Shown here piece by piece: positions 49,850 to 61,128 of a stretch of 64,000 bases of DNA (the stretch's first letter is position 1; every line of letters starts with the position of its first letter). This stretch comes from Camelus ferus. Its lineage: Eukaryota. The notes below the pieces were generated by a model. That model saw nothing but the letters and a program-made list of their open reading frames with translations. It made no database searches and was not told the DNA's origin. The position numbers were made by a program, and so were the translations under genes. Location of the stretch: NCBI RefSeq assembly GCF_009834535.1, contig NC_045697.1:118050001-118114000 (forward strand), read 5' to 3'.

Positions 49850-50235
49850 TGTGTTTAGTTTCTAGGGCCACCACAACTGAGTACAATCATCAAGGAGGCT
49901 TAAAACAACAGGAATTCATTCTCACAGATCTGAAGGCCAGAAGTCAAAGTGTTGGCAAGGTTGGTTCCTCCCGGAGGCTGTAGGGAGCCTGCTCCAGGCT
50001 GTTGTCCTGGCTTCTCGAATTGCCTGCAAGGCTTGGAGTCTCTTGAGCTGTAGCTGTCAGTCCCACGTTGGCCTCCATCTCCACGTGGTCGTCTTACGAG
50101 ACTCCAGACGTGACATTTTTGCACTGCTCTAATGCAATATGACCTTGTCTTAAACTGATTACATAGACAAAGACCCTAATTCCAAATAAAGTCACATCAA
50201 CATGGCTTCTTGGGGAAACAAATTAACCCATGACC
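49850..50235 (-). mobile_element. MaLR LTR (MLT1-like)
   Basis: TTAGTTTCTAGGGC...GGCTTAAAACAACAGGAATTCATTCTCACAG..CTGAAGGCCAGAAGTC...AAAGACCCTAATTCCAAATAAAGTCACAT. Confidence 0.8.
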
Positions 50236-51669
50236 AGCACTGCTTCTCATGTAAGAATCAGTGACTCTCCAGGGGAGTGACTCAGTGGTCACAGGGGATC
50301 TGTGAAGACTCCCAAGTTGTTTTCCAGTGAAAGAAAACTAGAAAAGATAGAAACTGCATTGCATTGATTGCCTTTTTTGCTATTTTTGAATTCCTGTTGA
50401 TGACTTCTGGCTTTCAGACATGATTTTACCTGGATGACTGCTATAGTACTTAAAGTAGCAAGCTGGTCTGATGAGGTGTCTTCTGCAGACAACCATGTTT
50501 GATTGAAACTGGCTCCACCATCCAGGTCATTCACATGAGCAGCAAGAATGATGCCCTGAGAACAGCATAATTGCACTGTGTCCAGTGGAAGGAGGTGTGG
50601 TAAACACAGAATGTGGGAGAATGTTCCAGCAACATTATTCTCTGGAACTTGCAGCCTCGGGCGTAACTGGTGCCAGCAAGGCTGCAGGTGGAGGACAAAG
50701 CACACTATACAGGGAGGGGCCGCTCAAGTCCAAGAATCCAGGAATGTTCTCCAGTGAATACACAGACACTCCAAGAAATGGAAGTTTGAAATGCACAGTC
50801 ACAGGGTCACAGGAGTCATGGCCCTTTTTAGTGGTTTCTATCAAATACTCTCTTAGCATGGAATCAGAGGATTAGGTGGGAGCCCGGGGCACAGCCCTGT
50901 CTGAATTTCCAGGAAGTCTCCACCATCTGAGAGTGGATGTGTAGCATTAAAGGGTTTCCCTCTGCAGGCTGCTCACTGAGCAGGCCCTAGGATAAACACC
51001 AAATTAGCTGACAGTAATCCTTGTTGACATGCAAGGCGTGTCAATCTTACACCTGGCCCTCAGGAACACGGCATAAATTCTCTCATCTCAGAAGGGGCTT
51101 AATCTGTCTTCCCAGTTCATAAAGATGTTTGCAGTAGATATTGTGGCTCTTGGAAAAGCTTTTGCCTCAAAAACTCAAGCAACCATCTGCTGATAGAAAA
51201 TGCCTCCCCCGGTTAGAAGAGATAAGGGCATTTCATTTCTAAACACAGTTTTATGTAAAATAGTCTTGTAATAACCATCCAAATAAGGTTTTTATTGACT
51301 CATCCTTAACCTCCTTAACAGCATGATAGTTCTGCTAATAATTCTGTAGTAGGACACACGAGCCTAATTCTGGAAAGAAAAATGGGGGCAGTGAGAAACC
51401 TCACATCCAACTCCATTTGTGACATTCTCGTCTGGACGTTCAGTAGCCTTTGCAAACTTAAATCTTCTGGCACTTAAAAAGTTTCTGACAAATTGGCTCC
51501 TTCCATAATTTTGCAAATTCATTCTTCCATCTTCTCAGACTATAAACCTTGGAGCTGTCCCTGACGCTTCTCTTTCTAGTGAATTCATACAGATGTAATT
51601 CCTTCCTGCTATGATTTTTTCCTTTTGTTTTTGGAAGTGGAAGGAGAATCCTGCATAAGTTATTCCTTT

Positions 51670-53886
51670 TTATTTTCCAAAATTGAAGTCTAGTCGGTAT
51701 ATAATGTTGTGTTAGTTGCTGGTGTACAGCATAGTGATTCAGTTATCCATACGTATATATTTGTTTTCATATTCTTTTTCATTATAGCTTATTACAAGGG
51801 ACTGAATGTAGCTCCCTGTACTATACAGTAGGTCCTTGTTGTTTATCTGTTTTATATACTGTAGTGTGTGTATGTTAATCTCAAACTCCTAATTTATTCC
51901 TCCCCTATCCCTTTCCTCTTCATTAACCATAAGCTTCTTTATGTCTGTGAGTCTATTTCTGGTTTATAAATAAGTTCATTTGTGTCATTTTATTTTAATT
52001 TTTTAAACATTTTTTATTGAGTTACAGTCATGTTACAAAGTTGTGTCGAATTCCAGTGTAGAGCACAATTTTTCAGTTATATATGAACATACATATATTC
52101 ATTGTCACATTTTTTTTTCACTGTGAGTTACCACAAGATCTTGTATATATTTCCCTGTGCTATAATTTCCCTGTGCTATACAGTATAATCTAGTTTATCT
52201 ATTCTGCATATGCCTGTCAGTATCTACAAATTTGGAAATCCCAGTCTGTCCCTTCCCACCCCCCTCCCCCTTGGCAACCACAAGTCTGTATCCTATGTCT
52301 ATGAGTCTGTTTCTGTTTTATATATAATTTCATTTGTCTTTTTTTTTAGATTCCATATATGAGTGATATCATATGGTGTTTTTCTTTCTGTTGCTGGGTT
52401 ACTTCACTTAGAATGACATTCTCCAGGGACATCCATGTTGCTGTAAATAGCATTATGTTGGTTTTTATGGCTGAGTAGTATTCCATTGTATAAATATACC
52501 ACATCATCTTTATCTAGTCATCTGTTGATGGACATTTAAGCTGTTTCCATGTCTTGGCTATTGTAAATAGTGCTGCTATGAACATTGGGGTGCAGGTGTC
52601 ATTTTGAAGTAAGATTCCTTCTGGATATATGCACAGTGACTGCACCATACTGCATTCCCACCAGCAGTAAGATTTCCCTTTTCTCCACAGCCTCTCCAGC
52701 ACTTGTCATTTGTAGACTTTTGAATGATGGCCATTCTGGCTGGTGTGAGGTGATACCTCATTGTAGTTTTGATTTGCATTTCTCTGATAATTAGTGATAT
52801 TGAGCATTTTTTCATGTGCCTGTTGATCATTTGTATTTCTTCCTTGGAGAATTGCTTCTTTAGGTCTTCTGCCCACTTTTGGATTGGGTTTGTTGTTTTT
52901 TTTTTTTTTTCTTATTACATCATATGAGCTGCTTATTCTGGAGATCAAGCCTTTGTGAGTAATAATATACCTAGGGATAAATCTAACCAAGGAGGTGAAA
53001 GACTTATACATGGAAAACTATAAAACACTGATTAAGGAAATTAAAGAAGACTTAAAAAAATGGAAAGATATCCCATGCTCCTGGATTGGAAGAATCAATA
53101 TTGTTAAAATGGTCACACTGCCCAAGGCAATCTACAGATTTAATGCAATCCCTATCAAATTACCCAAGACATATTTCACAGAACTAGAACAAATCATAAT
53201 AAATTTTATATAGAACCACAAAAGACCTAGAATTGCCAAAGCATTACTGAAGAAAAAGAAAATGGCTGGAGGAATAACTCTCCCAGACTTCAGACAATAT
53301 TATAGAGCTACAATAATCAAAACAGCATGGTATTGGTACAAAAACAGACATATGGACCAATGAAACACAATAGAGAGCCCAGAAGTGAATCCACAAACTT
53401 TTGGTCAACTAATATTTGACAAAGGAGGCAGAATATACAATGAAATAAAGACAGTCTGTTCAGAAAATGGTGCTGGGAAAACTGGACAGAAGCATGTAAA
53501 TCAATGAAGCTAGAACACTCCCTTACACCACACACAAAAATCAACTCAAGATGGATCAAAGACTTAAACATAAGACAAGATACAATAAATCTCCTAGAAG
53601 AAAACATAGACAAAACATTATCTGACATACATCTCAAAAATGTTCTCCTAGAGCAGTCTACCCAAGCAATAGAAATAAAAGCAAGAATAAACAAATGGGA
53701 CCTAATGAAACTTAAAAGCTTCTGCACAGCAAAGGAAACCATAAACAAAACAAAATGACAACCTACAGAATGGTAGAAAATTTTTGTGTCATTACTTTAG
53801 ATTCCACATTTAAGTGATGTCATATGATATTTGTCTTTCTCTGTCTGACTTACTTCACTTAGTATTGCCATCTCTAGGTCCATGCA
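51670..53886 (-). mobile_element. Older L1 3' end (51670-51989 and 53783-53886) split by a younger L1
   Basis: Antisense 3'UTR ...TAAATAAGTTCATTTGTGTCATT stops at 51989 and resumes at 53794 with ACTTTAGATTCCACATTTAAGTGATG. Confidence 0.92.
51990..53782 (-). mobile_element. Young 5'-inverted L1 (minus segment 51990-52960, inverted ORF2 segment 52961-53782)
   Basis: + ORFs 52995-53213 and 53504-53758 are ORF2 ([30 protein letters not shown]); - ORFs 52514-52830 are the downstream ORF2 part; 11-bp TSD TTTGTGTCATT at 51979-51989 and 53783-53793. Confidence 0.95.
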
Positions 53887-53891
53887 TACAA

Positions 53892-54545
53892 ACCAGCCTA
53901 TTCTAAGCCACCATTTTCCTCACCTCCTTCTATTCGTCACCTGAAGCTGGAGAGGTGTTTTACAACATAGGCCAAACCATGTCACTCTTTTGTTCTGAAC
54001 TGTCCAGTGATGCTCTTTCTCACTCAGAGTCAAATCCAAGTTGGTATTGTGGCCGGGGGGGTCGTGTGACCTCACCATTGCCTCTTCCCTCAATACCCCT
54101 CTCTGATCTCATCATCCTCCACTCTCCTTTGGCTCACTCCACCCCATCACCTCCACCTTGGGTTTGCATCTGGTCCTTAGATATGCCCCACGACCCCACT
54201 TCCCTGAGGTCTTCAGGATTGTCAGCCTGTGGTCTCCTCCATCCAGGTCTGCACACACCCCACTCCTGCCCCCTTCAGCTCTGCCCTCATGTCAGTTCCG
54301 CACACCTTTAACAAAGCTGCATTGCCTTCCCAGCATGTGTCATTTTTCACTCTTTTACTTACCTCATCCTACACGTGATAAATGTATTTTTGGTCTGATT
54401 ATTTCCTGTCTACTCACTGATGTGTAAGCATTATCGAAGCAGGAACTTGACTTTGTTTGCTGCTGTAACTCATTCTTTCGGGACCAGAGCAGTACTTGGC
54501 ACGGAGTAGATGCCCATGGTTGTTGCAGCAATGAATAAACGACTT
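53892..54545 (+). mobile_element. L2 3' fragment
   Basis: CATGTCACTCTTTTG...TCTCACTCAGAGTCAAATCCAAG and terminal AGAGCAGTACTTGGCACGGAGTAGATGCCCA...AATGAATAAA. Confidence 0.75.
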
Positions 54546-55189
54546 TGGTTAAACAAATACAGGCATTAAAGGAAGTTTCATACACATGCTGAAAATTTAC
54601 TGGAGTCTTTTCCCTGTAGCTTAAGGCAACAGAGACATCTAAAGGAATGAAAGAGACTAAAAAGCAAGATTAATATGAAATTATTAAAATGTTTGCTGTG
54701 GTTTCATTGGGAAATATCTGAGTCTATGAGCACAGTTTCTATGAGTCTCAGAAGCAAAAAACCTACAATGCAACCTTACAGATAACCATTTACCTAATTG
54801 TACGAGATGAAAAAAAATGTAGATTATGGAAGGTTTAAAGCAATGTTGCTTTTGTTTGAACATTTGTATACCTGATAGATAATTACCAAGTGGGAATTAA
54901 TGCATGTAAGGTGCAGTTTGAAGCTACACATGACAAAGGCAAACCAGTTTCTTGCTTTTAAACGATTTTGGCTCCTTGAGGTGACAAAACATAAAGCCCA
55001 GGAAGCAATTGAGAAGCAACATATCTGAATACTATAATGAGAAATAACATGAATAAATTTGATGAGTGGTCAATAAAAGAAGTTATCAGATAGATCAGTG
55101 CCTTTTGAGTCCTCTAAACTGAGATGCACACACCAAAGCAGTATGTGAGGGTAAGTATCAAAGAGGAAAGGAAAACAGTGGGTGTGCTG

Positions 55190-55585
55190 ATGCAATAAGC
55201 ATTTATTGAGCACCTACTGTATACCAGGCAGTATTCTAGGCACTGGCTATTCAAAACAGAAAAATTACAGTCTGTTTCCCCAGTCTATGGGGAAAGAGAC
55301 TCATACATCAGTGATTTCATCACAATGGGAAGTATTCCATGGTAGACCTTCAACCAGGGGATCATGGGAACACAGCAGAGGGGAAGGAGCAGGGCCACCA
55401 CAGCTGCCACCTAACTGATGGGTAGAAGCTGAGGAGAGTCTGAAAGATGTGTGTGTGTGTCTCCAAGAAGATGCAGAGCAAGTACCCAGGAAAGGAGGCA
55501 AGAGGAGCTGTTCTGCCAGGGAAGCCACAGACAGCTTGAAGATGCCAAAGCAAAACCCTTCAGAGATCCAGAGGCAGAAAGTCAC
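55190..55585 (-). mobile_element. L2 3' fragment
   Basis: CAATAAGCATTTATTGAGCACCTACTGTATACCAGGCAGTATTCTAGGCACTGG is a close match to the antisense L2 terminus. Confidence 0.75.
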
Positions 55586-55659
55586 AGGCTTTGTCAGTAT
55601 TGCTTGAGATCTTGAGTCTATCTTTTTTAATCCTTTTTTTCTTTTCCCTTTTTTTTTTG

Positions 55660-55824
55660 TTTTTGTTTTTCCATCATTTTAACCATATATATGTGTACAG
55701 TTCCATGGCGTTAAGTCCATGGACAGTGATGTCCGACCATCATCTCCAGCCATTTCCAGAACTTTCTCATTATCTCAAACAGAAACTGTCCCCATGAAAC
55801 AGCTACTCCCCCCACTCCCAGCCT
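55660..55824 (-). mobile_element. Old L1 (L1MB-like) 3' terminus
   Basis: CCATCATTTTAACCAT...GTGTACAGTTC...CATTTCCAGAACTTTCTCATTATCTCAAACAGAAACTGTCCCCAT. Confidence 0.75.
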
Positions 55825-55843
55825 CATTTTTTAGAAATTGAAG

Positions 55844-55879
55844 TGACGTGTGGGCTGTAAATGATGTGTGGGCTGTAAA
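55844..55879. repeat. 18-bp tandem duplication
   Basis: TGACGTGTGGGCTGTAAA / TGATGTGTGGGCTGTAAA. Confidence 0.85.
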
Positions 55880-56859
55880 TTGGAATAAGAGAGGCCAATT
55901 AGAAGAATGTTGCAAATCTGATTTTTAAGATATTATGTTTTTAAGCTATTTTTGTGGAAACATCGTGTTGGTGAGTTCATTTTGATGTCAACTTTACAGT
56001 CAACAAGATTTCAATAAGAGTCATTTTAAACTAGTATGAATGGAAAGTCACAGGTAAAAGCTAGTTTTTATAGAAACTCGTGTTCACCAACTATTTTTTC
56101 CCCCAGAGAAATGTTTCCCTTTAAATTGAACTAGACTAGTTTAGTGGAAAAACATTTCTATAAGTTTTTGAAAAGAAAGGTATCTATCCAATGTTATAAT
56201 TAAAAGACTGAATTTCTGCCAAATTTTATTCAATGTAAACCCATGTTTACGATTAGTTTTGATAAAACTTTCAATTACCAAGTCTTGTTTTAAGAATACA
56301 ACGTGTAAGCTAGTTGAAAATTCATATTTATAAACTCTCTTTGTGAAAACTCATGTTTTCTGATTTTTCTGATGAAAATTTTAGAATTAGAATTTTCTTT
56401 GTTTTGAGAAAACTTAAGTATTCAAACCAATTTTAATTAAAATTTAAGTTCATGGGCCATTTGTGTTAGAATGCACGTATCCGATCATATTTGATGAAAT
56501 TCTATTTTAAAAGTATATTTTAAAAATTTGGGGATTAAGCAGATATAAGAAAGAAAGGACAAAGAGAAGTTAATTTATGATTCTAGGTAAAAGAGTTGCT
56601 CCTAATAAAAATGTAATTCTTAGTGTCATAAGTGGTGCATAGTTATATTATCATGAATTCAGATTGCACGGCTCCCTATGGCTTCCATGACGTGGAAAAT
56701 TTTCCATCTCTAACTTGCTTTCCATTTTCTGTTTTATTCACAGTTTTCCCCCTTCTACTGCCTCTTGGACAGTCTCTAAGTTTTAATGCATATTTCTCTT
56801 CTTATTTCCCTCTATTTTCTTTCCAGGAATAGGCAGAGTTCACTCTGATGCATTTGGGT

Positions 56860-57760
56860 ACATCTCTAAGGTTGCCCTGTAGTCAACAGGATAACATTTC
56901 CTTGATGTCCAACCTGGTGCTTTTCTCCCTCTGCTGGTTGTCTGCATCAGAGCATCCATGAGTGAGTGACCTGGAGAATCTCTGAAGTCAATGCATTGAT
57001 ATTCTATCTCCCCGTCCCCAAAGCCCCACCACCACCACGTCCACAGTGCGGTCCTCAAGAATTCCCTGGATCTGAGGAGCCTCTGTGGGATCACTCATAC
57101 TTTGCCCTCCTTCACTTTCCTACTAAATCTCTGCAGGTCATAACTTCAGCCTCCATGAACAGGGCTCTCCTTATTTTTCTCTATTTCTTTCCTGAGTTTA
57201 TTCCAAGGAATCCATCATACTGACTGTAGGGAGACTGGTCTTTATAAAGTATGAGTGACTAGTCCAGAAGTCGTTTCCTGCCACTCGAACAGATAACCAT
57301 CCATTCTGATGGATGGTTATTCATTAATTATCAATTCTGAAATTACCTCATCATGGTCCTACTCCAACAACTACTTTCATCATCTTCAGGTGCTCAGTGA
57401 ATATTTTTGAATAAATGAGTGAATGAATGACATCATCTCCCATCTCTGTCACAATCACTGAATTTTGTACAAGTTATTCCCTAAATGTGTCTACTTTCTC
57501 CTTTCTGTTCCTGCTACCCTCACCCTTCTCATCTCTTGGTATTTCTTGCTGGGAGTATATGTCCATAACCTTCTTACCGATGGATGTTGTATCTCAGGAG
57601 TTGATATAACTATTCTACCTAGAACCCAGCAATGGTTCCTTGGGGGTAAAGTCCTGGATTTTTAGCCTTGGAGAAAAACTCTTCTATCATCCAGTATGCA
57701 CTGTGTTTTTCAGCATCGTACTTTGCCACTCTCTACCTTAACTTGATATTCTGCCTAATT
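56860..57760 (+). mobile_element. Degraded L2 fragments, including an L2 terminus at about 57385-57430
   Basis: CATTTCCTTGATGTCC..., AGGTGCTCAGTGAATATTTTTGAATAAATGAGTGAATGAATGA; boundaries approximate. Confidence 0.5.
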
Positions 57761-57784
57761 AAACTTAGTCTCCCTCTTGTTCAC

Positions 57785-57879
57785 TCTGTCCCAGTTTGTT
57801 GGGGATGGAGGGGGTTCCCAGAACACAGAATTTTCAGTGTGAAAATTGGGGAAGTCCGGGGAAAACCAGGGCCACCCTA
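57785..57879 (+). mobile_element. MER81-like hAT-Blackjack MITE
   Basis: TGTCCCAGTTTG..GGGGTTCCCAGAACACAGAATTTTCAGTG..GGGAAGTCCGGGGAAAACCAGG..CACCCTA terminus. Confidence 0.6.
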
Positions 57880-58327
57880 ACGTACTCTAGCCTCTGTGCC
57901 TATGGACCACAAGTCACTTCTTAGAATTCTGTCTTCCCCTCTTTGTCTGCCCAAGCCTCACTGATCCTTTGAAATCGTGTCCAGCAGTGCTGCAAGCAGC
58001 CCCCTTCACCAACCCTGGGCCAGGATAACCAGGCAATGACCTCCTAAGGCTCAAAGACTGTGGTGCCTGTCTTTGAATATCTAGAAACTCTTAAGATGCT
58101 CAATTTGTGTTAAGCAATTAATAAATATGTATTCATGAGTAAACTACCTACCAACAGAATAAATTCTAACATCTACAGTTTGAATTTCGAGACCTCCATG
58201 AATAAGCCTAACCATTAATTCCTTTCCATTTGTTCAATTAGAGTCAATGTAATTTAAGTTCAATTTAACCAAGATTTATTAAATGTCTACAATTTTCTAG
58301 GCTTAATTCTCTTCTGTATTACTTTTT

Positions 58328-58802
58328 TAAAAATTAAGGTATAGTCAGTTTACAATGTTGTGTCAATTTCTTAGGTACAGCACAATTCTTCAGTCATACA
58401 TGAATATACATATATTCATTTTCATATTCTTTTTCACTGTGAGCTACTACAAGATCTTGAATATATTTCCCTGTGCTGTACAGTATAAACTTGTTTATCC
58501 ATTTTACATAAACCAGTCAGTATCTGCAAATCTCAAACTCCCAGTTTATCCCTTCTTACCCTCCTCCCTTCTGGCAACCACAAGTCTGTATCCTATGTCT
58601 ATGAGTCTGTTTTTGTTTTATATATAAGTTCATTTGTCTTTTTTTTTAGATTTCACATATGAGTGATATCATATGGTGTTTTCCTTTCTATTTCTGGCTT
58701 ACTTCACTTAGAATGACATTCTCCAGGGCCATCCATGTTGCTGCACATGGCATTATTTTATCATTTTTTATGGCTGAGTAGTATTCCATTATATAAATAT
58801 AC
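58328..58802 (-). mobile_element. 5'-truncated L1 3' end
   Basis: Antisense 3'UTR; 17-bp TSD CTTCTGTATTACTTTTT at 58311-58327 and 58803-58819. Confidence 0.95.
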
Positions 58803-59562
58803 CTTCTGTATTACTTTTTATTCTTTACTCACAATTGAACCATTTTTCAAATGTTCTGCTTGTTTGTTTTTTTGTTTGTTTGTTTTCACCTTTACTACAA
58901 GATTGTCCTCAAAAGATATCTCCCTAATCACTACTAGCCTCATCTATCATGTTTGTTAAGGCCCAGGTTACCCCCAGCTGCCCCCACTCTCTGTCCCCAT
59001 GAAAAGGGATAGGATCATTGGTCCAAAGGAATTTCTTTAATCCTGTCCTGTAATAGCACCTTCCTTGTCACATTCTTACGTTCCTTGAAGACTTTGGAGC
59101 TGTATTTTATTATTTAGTCTTTGTCTTTTCTTCCTTGCTAGGTTGGAAGCAATCATTTTCAGTATCTTCATCATTATCTGATTCAATGCCTCATGCATGT
59201 ATTGAACTAAATATTTGTGTTTTTAGATTATAAATTAAGAATGTGACATGAAATCTGAAATCCAAACAAACAGTGAAAATCTCTACTGCCATTGAAGATG
59301 AAATTATTGTGCTGCTGACCATCTGTTGAGAAGGAGGCAGATTCAAATGCATTTTACTTTCATTTTTCTAGGTATGAATTAGGACATGTCTGGTATAGGT
59401 CACTAAATATAACCTTGGCAGCAAGCTTTCTCTTATTTATTTCGAAGAATACTTTGCACAGAAAAATTCTTTTTGGTTATTTAGCTACTAAAAGTCCAAT
59501 ATGCTTCATTCACATTTAAAATTGTCTTAGCTTATTAAGTTCTGTATCGTCTTTTATAAACC

Positions 59563-59576
59563 GTTGCCATGGAAAC
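59563..59576. promoter_or_regulatory. RFX X-box motif
   Basis: GTTGCCATGGAAAC, one mismatch from the palindromic consensus GTTGCCATGGCAAC, extended by CC/GG flanks; lies in non-repetitive sequence. Function not shown. Confidence 0.55.
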
Positions 59577-60896
59577 GGTGTCTCAGGCATTTTGTCTTCC
59601 TCTAAATGTCACATCTGCTGTCAGGCTGTATATGAAGACATCACGTAAAGACACAAATAAGATGCACACATTTCCTACTTATGTAGATCAAAGTTAATAC
59701 TTCATGATGTGAATACACTACCCTTTACTCTAGTGGCTAATATTTGGAAAAGAATTGGGGACAGTAAGACACTAGACTGAAAAAGATTTAGTGGAGGTAA
59801 TTTACAATCTGAAAAAAAGTGACTGATTGTTGTTTTACCAAGGTGTTATTTTCCAGTGTTCAGCACACGGCCACATGGCTCTGCTGCTGGGAAGTGCTTT
59901 GTGCACCTAGACCTGCCTTTCAGATTCACTCATGTAAATAATAGCTTCTTCTCAAAATGTCAGTTCTATCAAGCCTTCACTCTTCCTTGAATTCCGAGTT
60001 TAGCCTTTGTACCTTTGTCTCACACAACGAGAAGACAGAATCCATCATTCCACCCCCATCCTGCCGTGTAATTATGTTCTTAATCCCTTTCATGAAGACA
60101 TTGACTTAGCCGTTTATTTTCCTTTCAGACAAAGAATATGTCATCATCACCAGGTAAAATGCACAGAAAAAAGAGCCAAAGATTAGACCTGAAGAATCCT
60201 GACTGGTAGGGGTTGTGTTGAAATATGAGTTTTCACCATTCAGAGGAATCAGCAAGGATTAATATCCCTGGGGCTTTTTCTTTAAAATCAATTATGGGAC
60301 CAACAGGACTGATTCATATCCTCAACCTGGGTCAACAAATCCATTATCATTAAATGTTCTGCCTCTTACCTGGTATGTGCCCCGGAGTGAATCCTGTGGA
60401 ATGTGAGTGCAACATCTTTCCCCACGGCTGGCTCCTGCCACAAGGTCAGGATGGTATAAATAACCTGGAAAGGGCTGTGTATGTAAATTAGCTCAAATCC
60501 ATCATTCCTTCTGTGAGTGGCTTTCTGAGTCAACTGAATTAACAGCTATCAACTTCACTTACTCAGAAAACAAACATAATCTGAACACTTTAGGTGGGGT
60601 CAGGGGAGCTCCAAGTTAGGAAGACGTGATACTGGATTTCAAGAGTATTTAGCACACTGGGATAATGTAAGATGGAGCCAAATATATAGTAAGTCAACAC
60701 TTGAAAAGTGTCACAAAAATATTTTAAACAATTCTTAGGAATTCAGTGGCTTGCTTCTGCCCTGGAGAATCATGGAAGAGCATGAGCATGTGTGTGGAGG
60801 GAGAATAATGCATAGATAACCTTGAGGCTTGAGAGGATATTGGTGCCAATTACAGAGATGACAAGTGAGAAGGTATTTCTGGTTAAGAGGATGTCC

Positions 60897-61128
60897 TTGG
60901 GATTAGTAGAAACAAACCACTGAATATAAAACAGATAAACAACAAGGTCCTAGTATATAGCACAGGGAACTATATTTAATTTCTTTTAATGAGCTGTAAT
61001 GGAAAAGAATCTGAAATATATATATATATATATTTATCTGAGTTGCTTTGCTGTACACCTGAAACTAACATTGTAAATTGACTACATTTCAATAAAAAGT
61101 AAGAATTAAATTTTTTTTTTAATTTAAA
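60897..61128 (+). mobile_element. L1 3' end fragment
   Basis: AGATAAACAACAAGGTCCTAGTATATAGCACAGGGAACTATATT...CATTGTAAATTGACTACATTTCAATAAAAA; TSD-like AAGAGGATGTC (60885-60895) / AAGAGGATCTC (61129-61139). Confidence 0.9.

Noticed and set aside
49697..49850. ERV internal sequence or primer-binding site after the LTR
   Set aside because: The TSD follows the LTR directly; no PBS or gag/pol, so it is a solo LTR.
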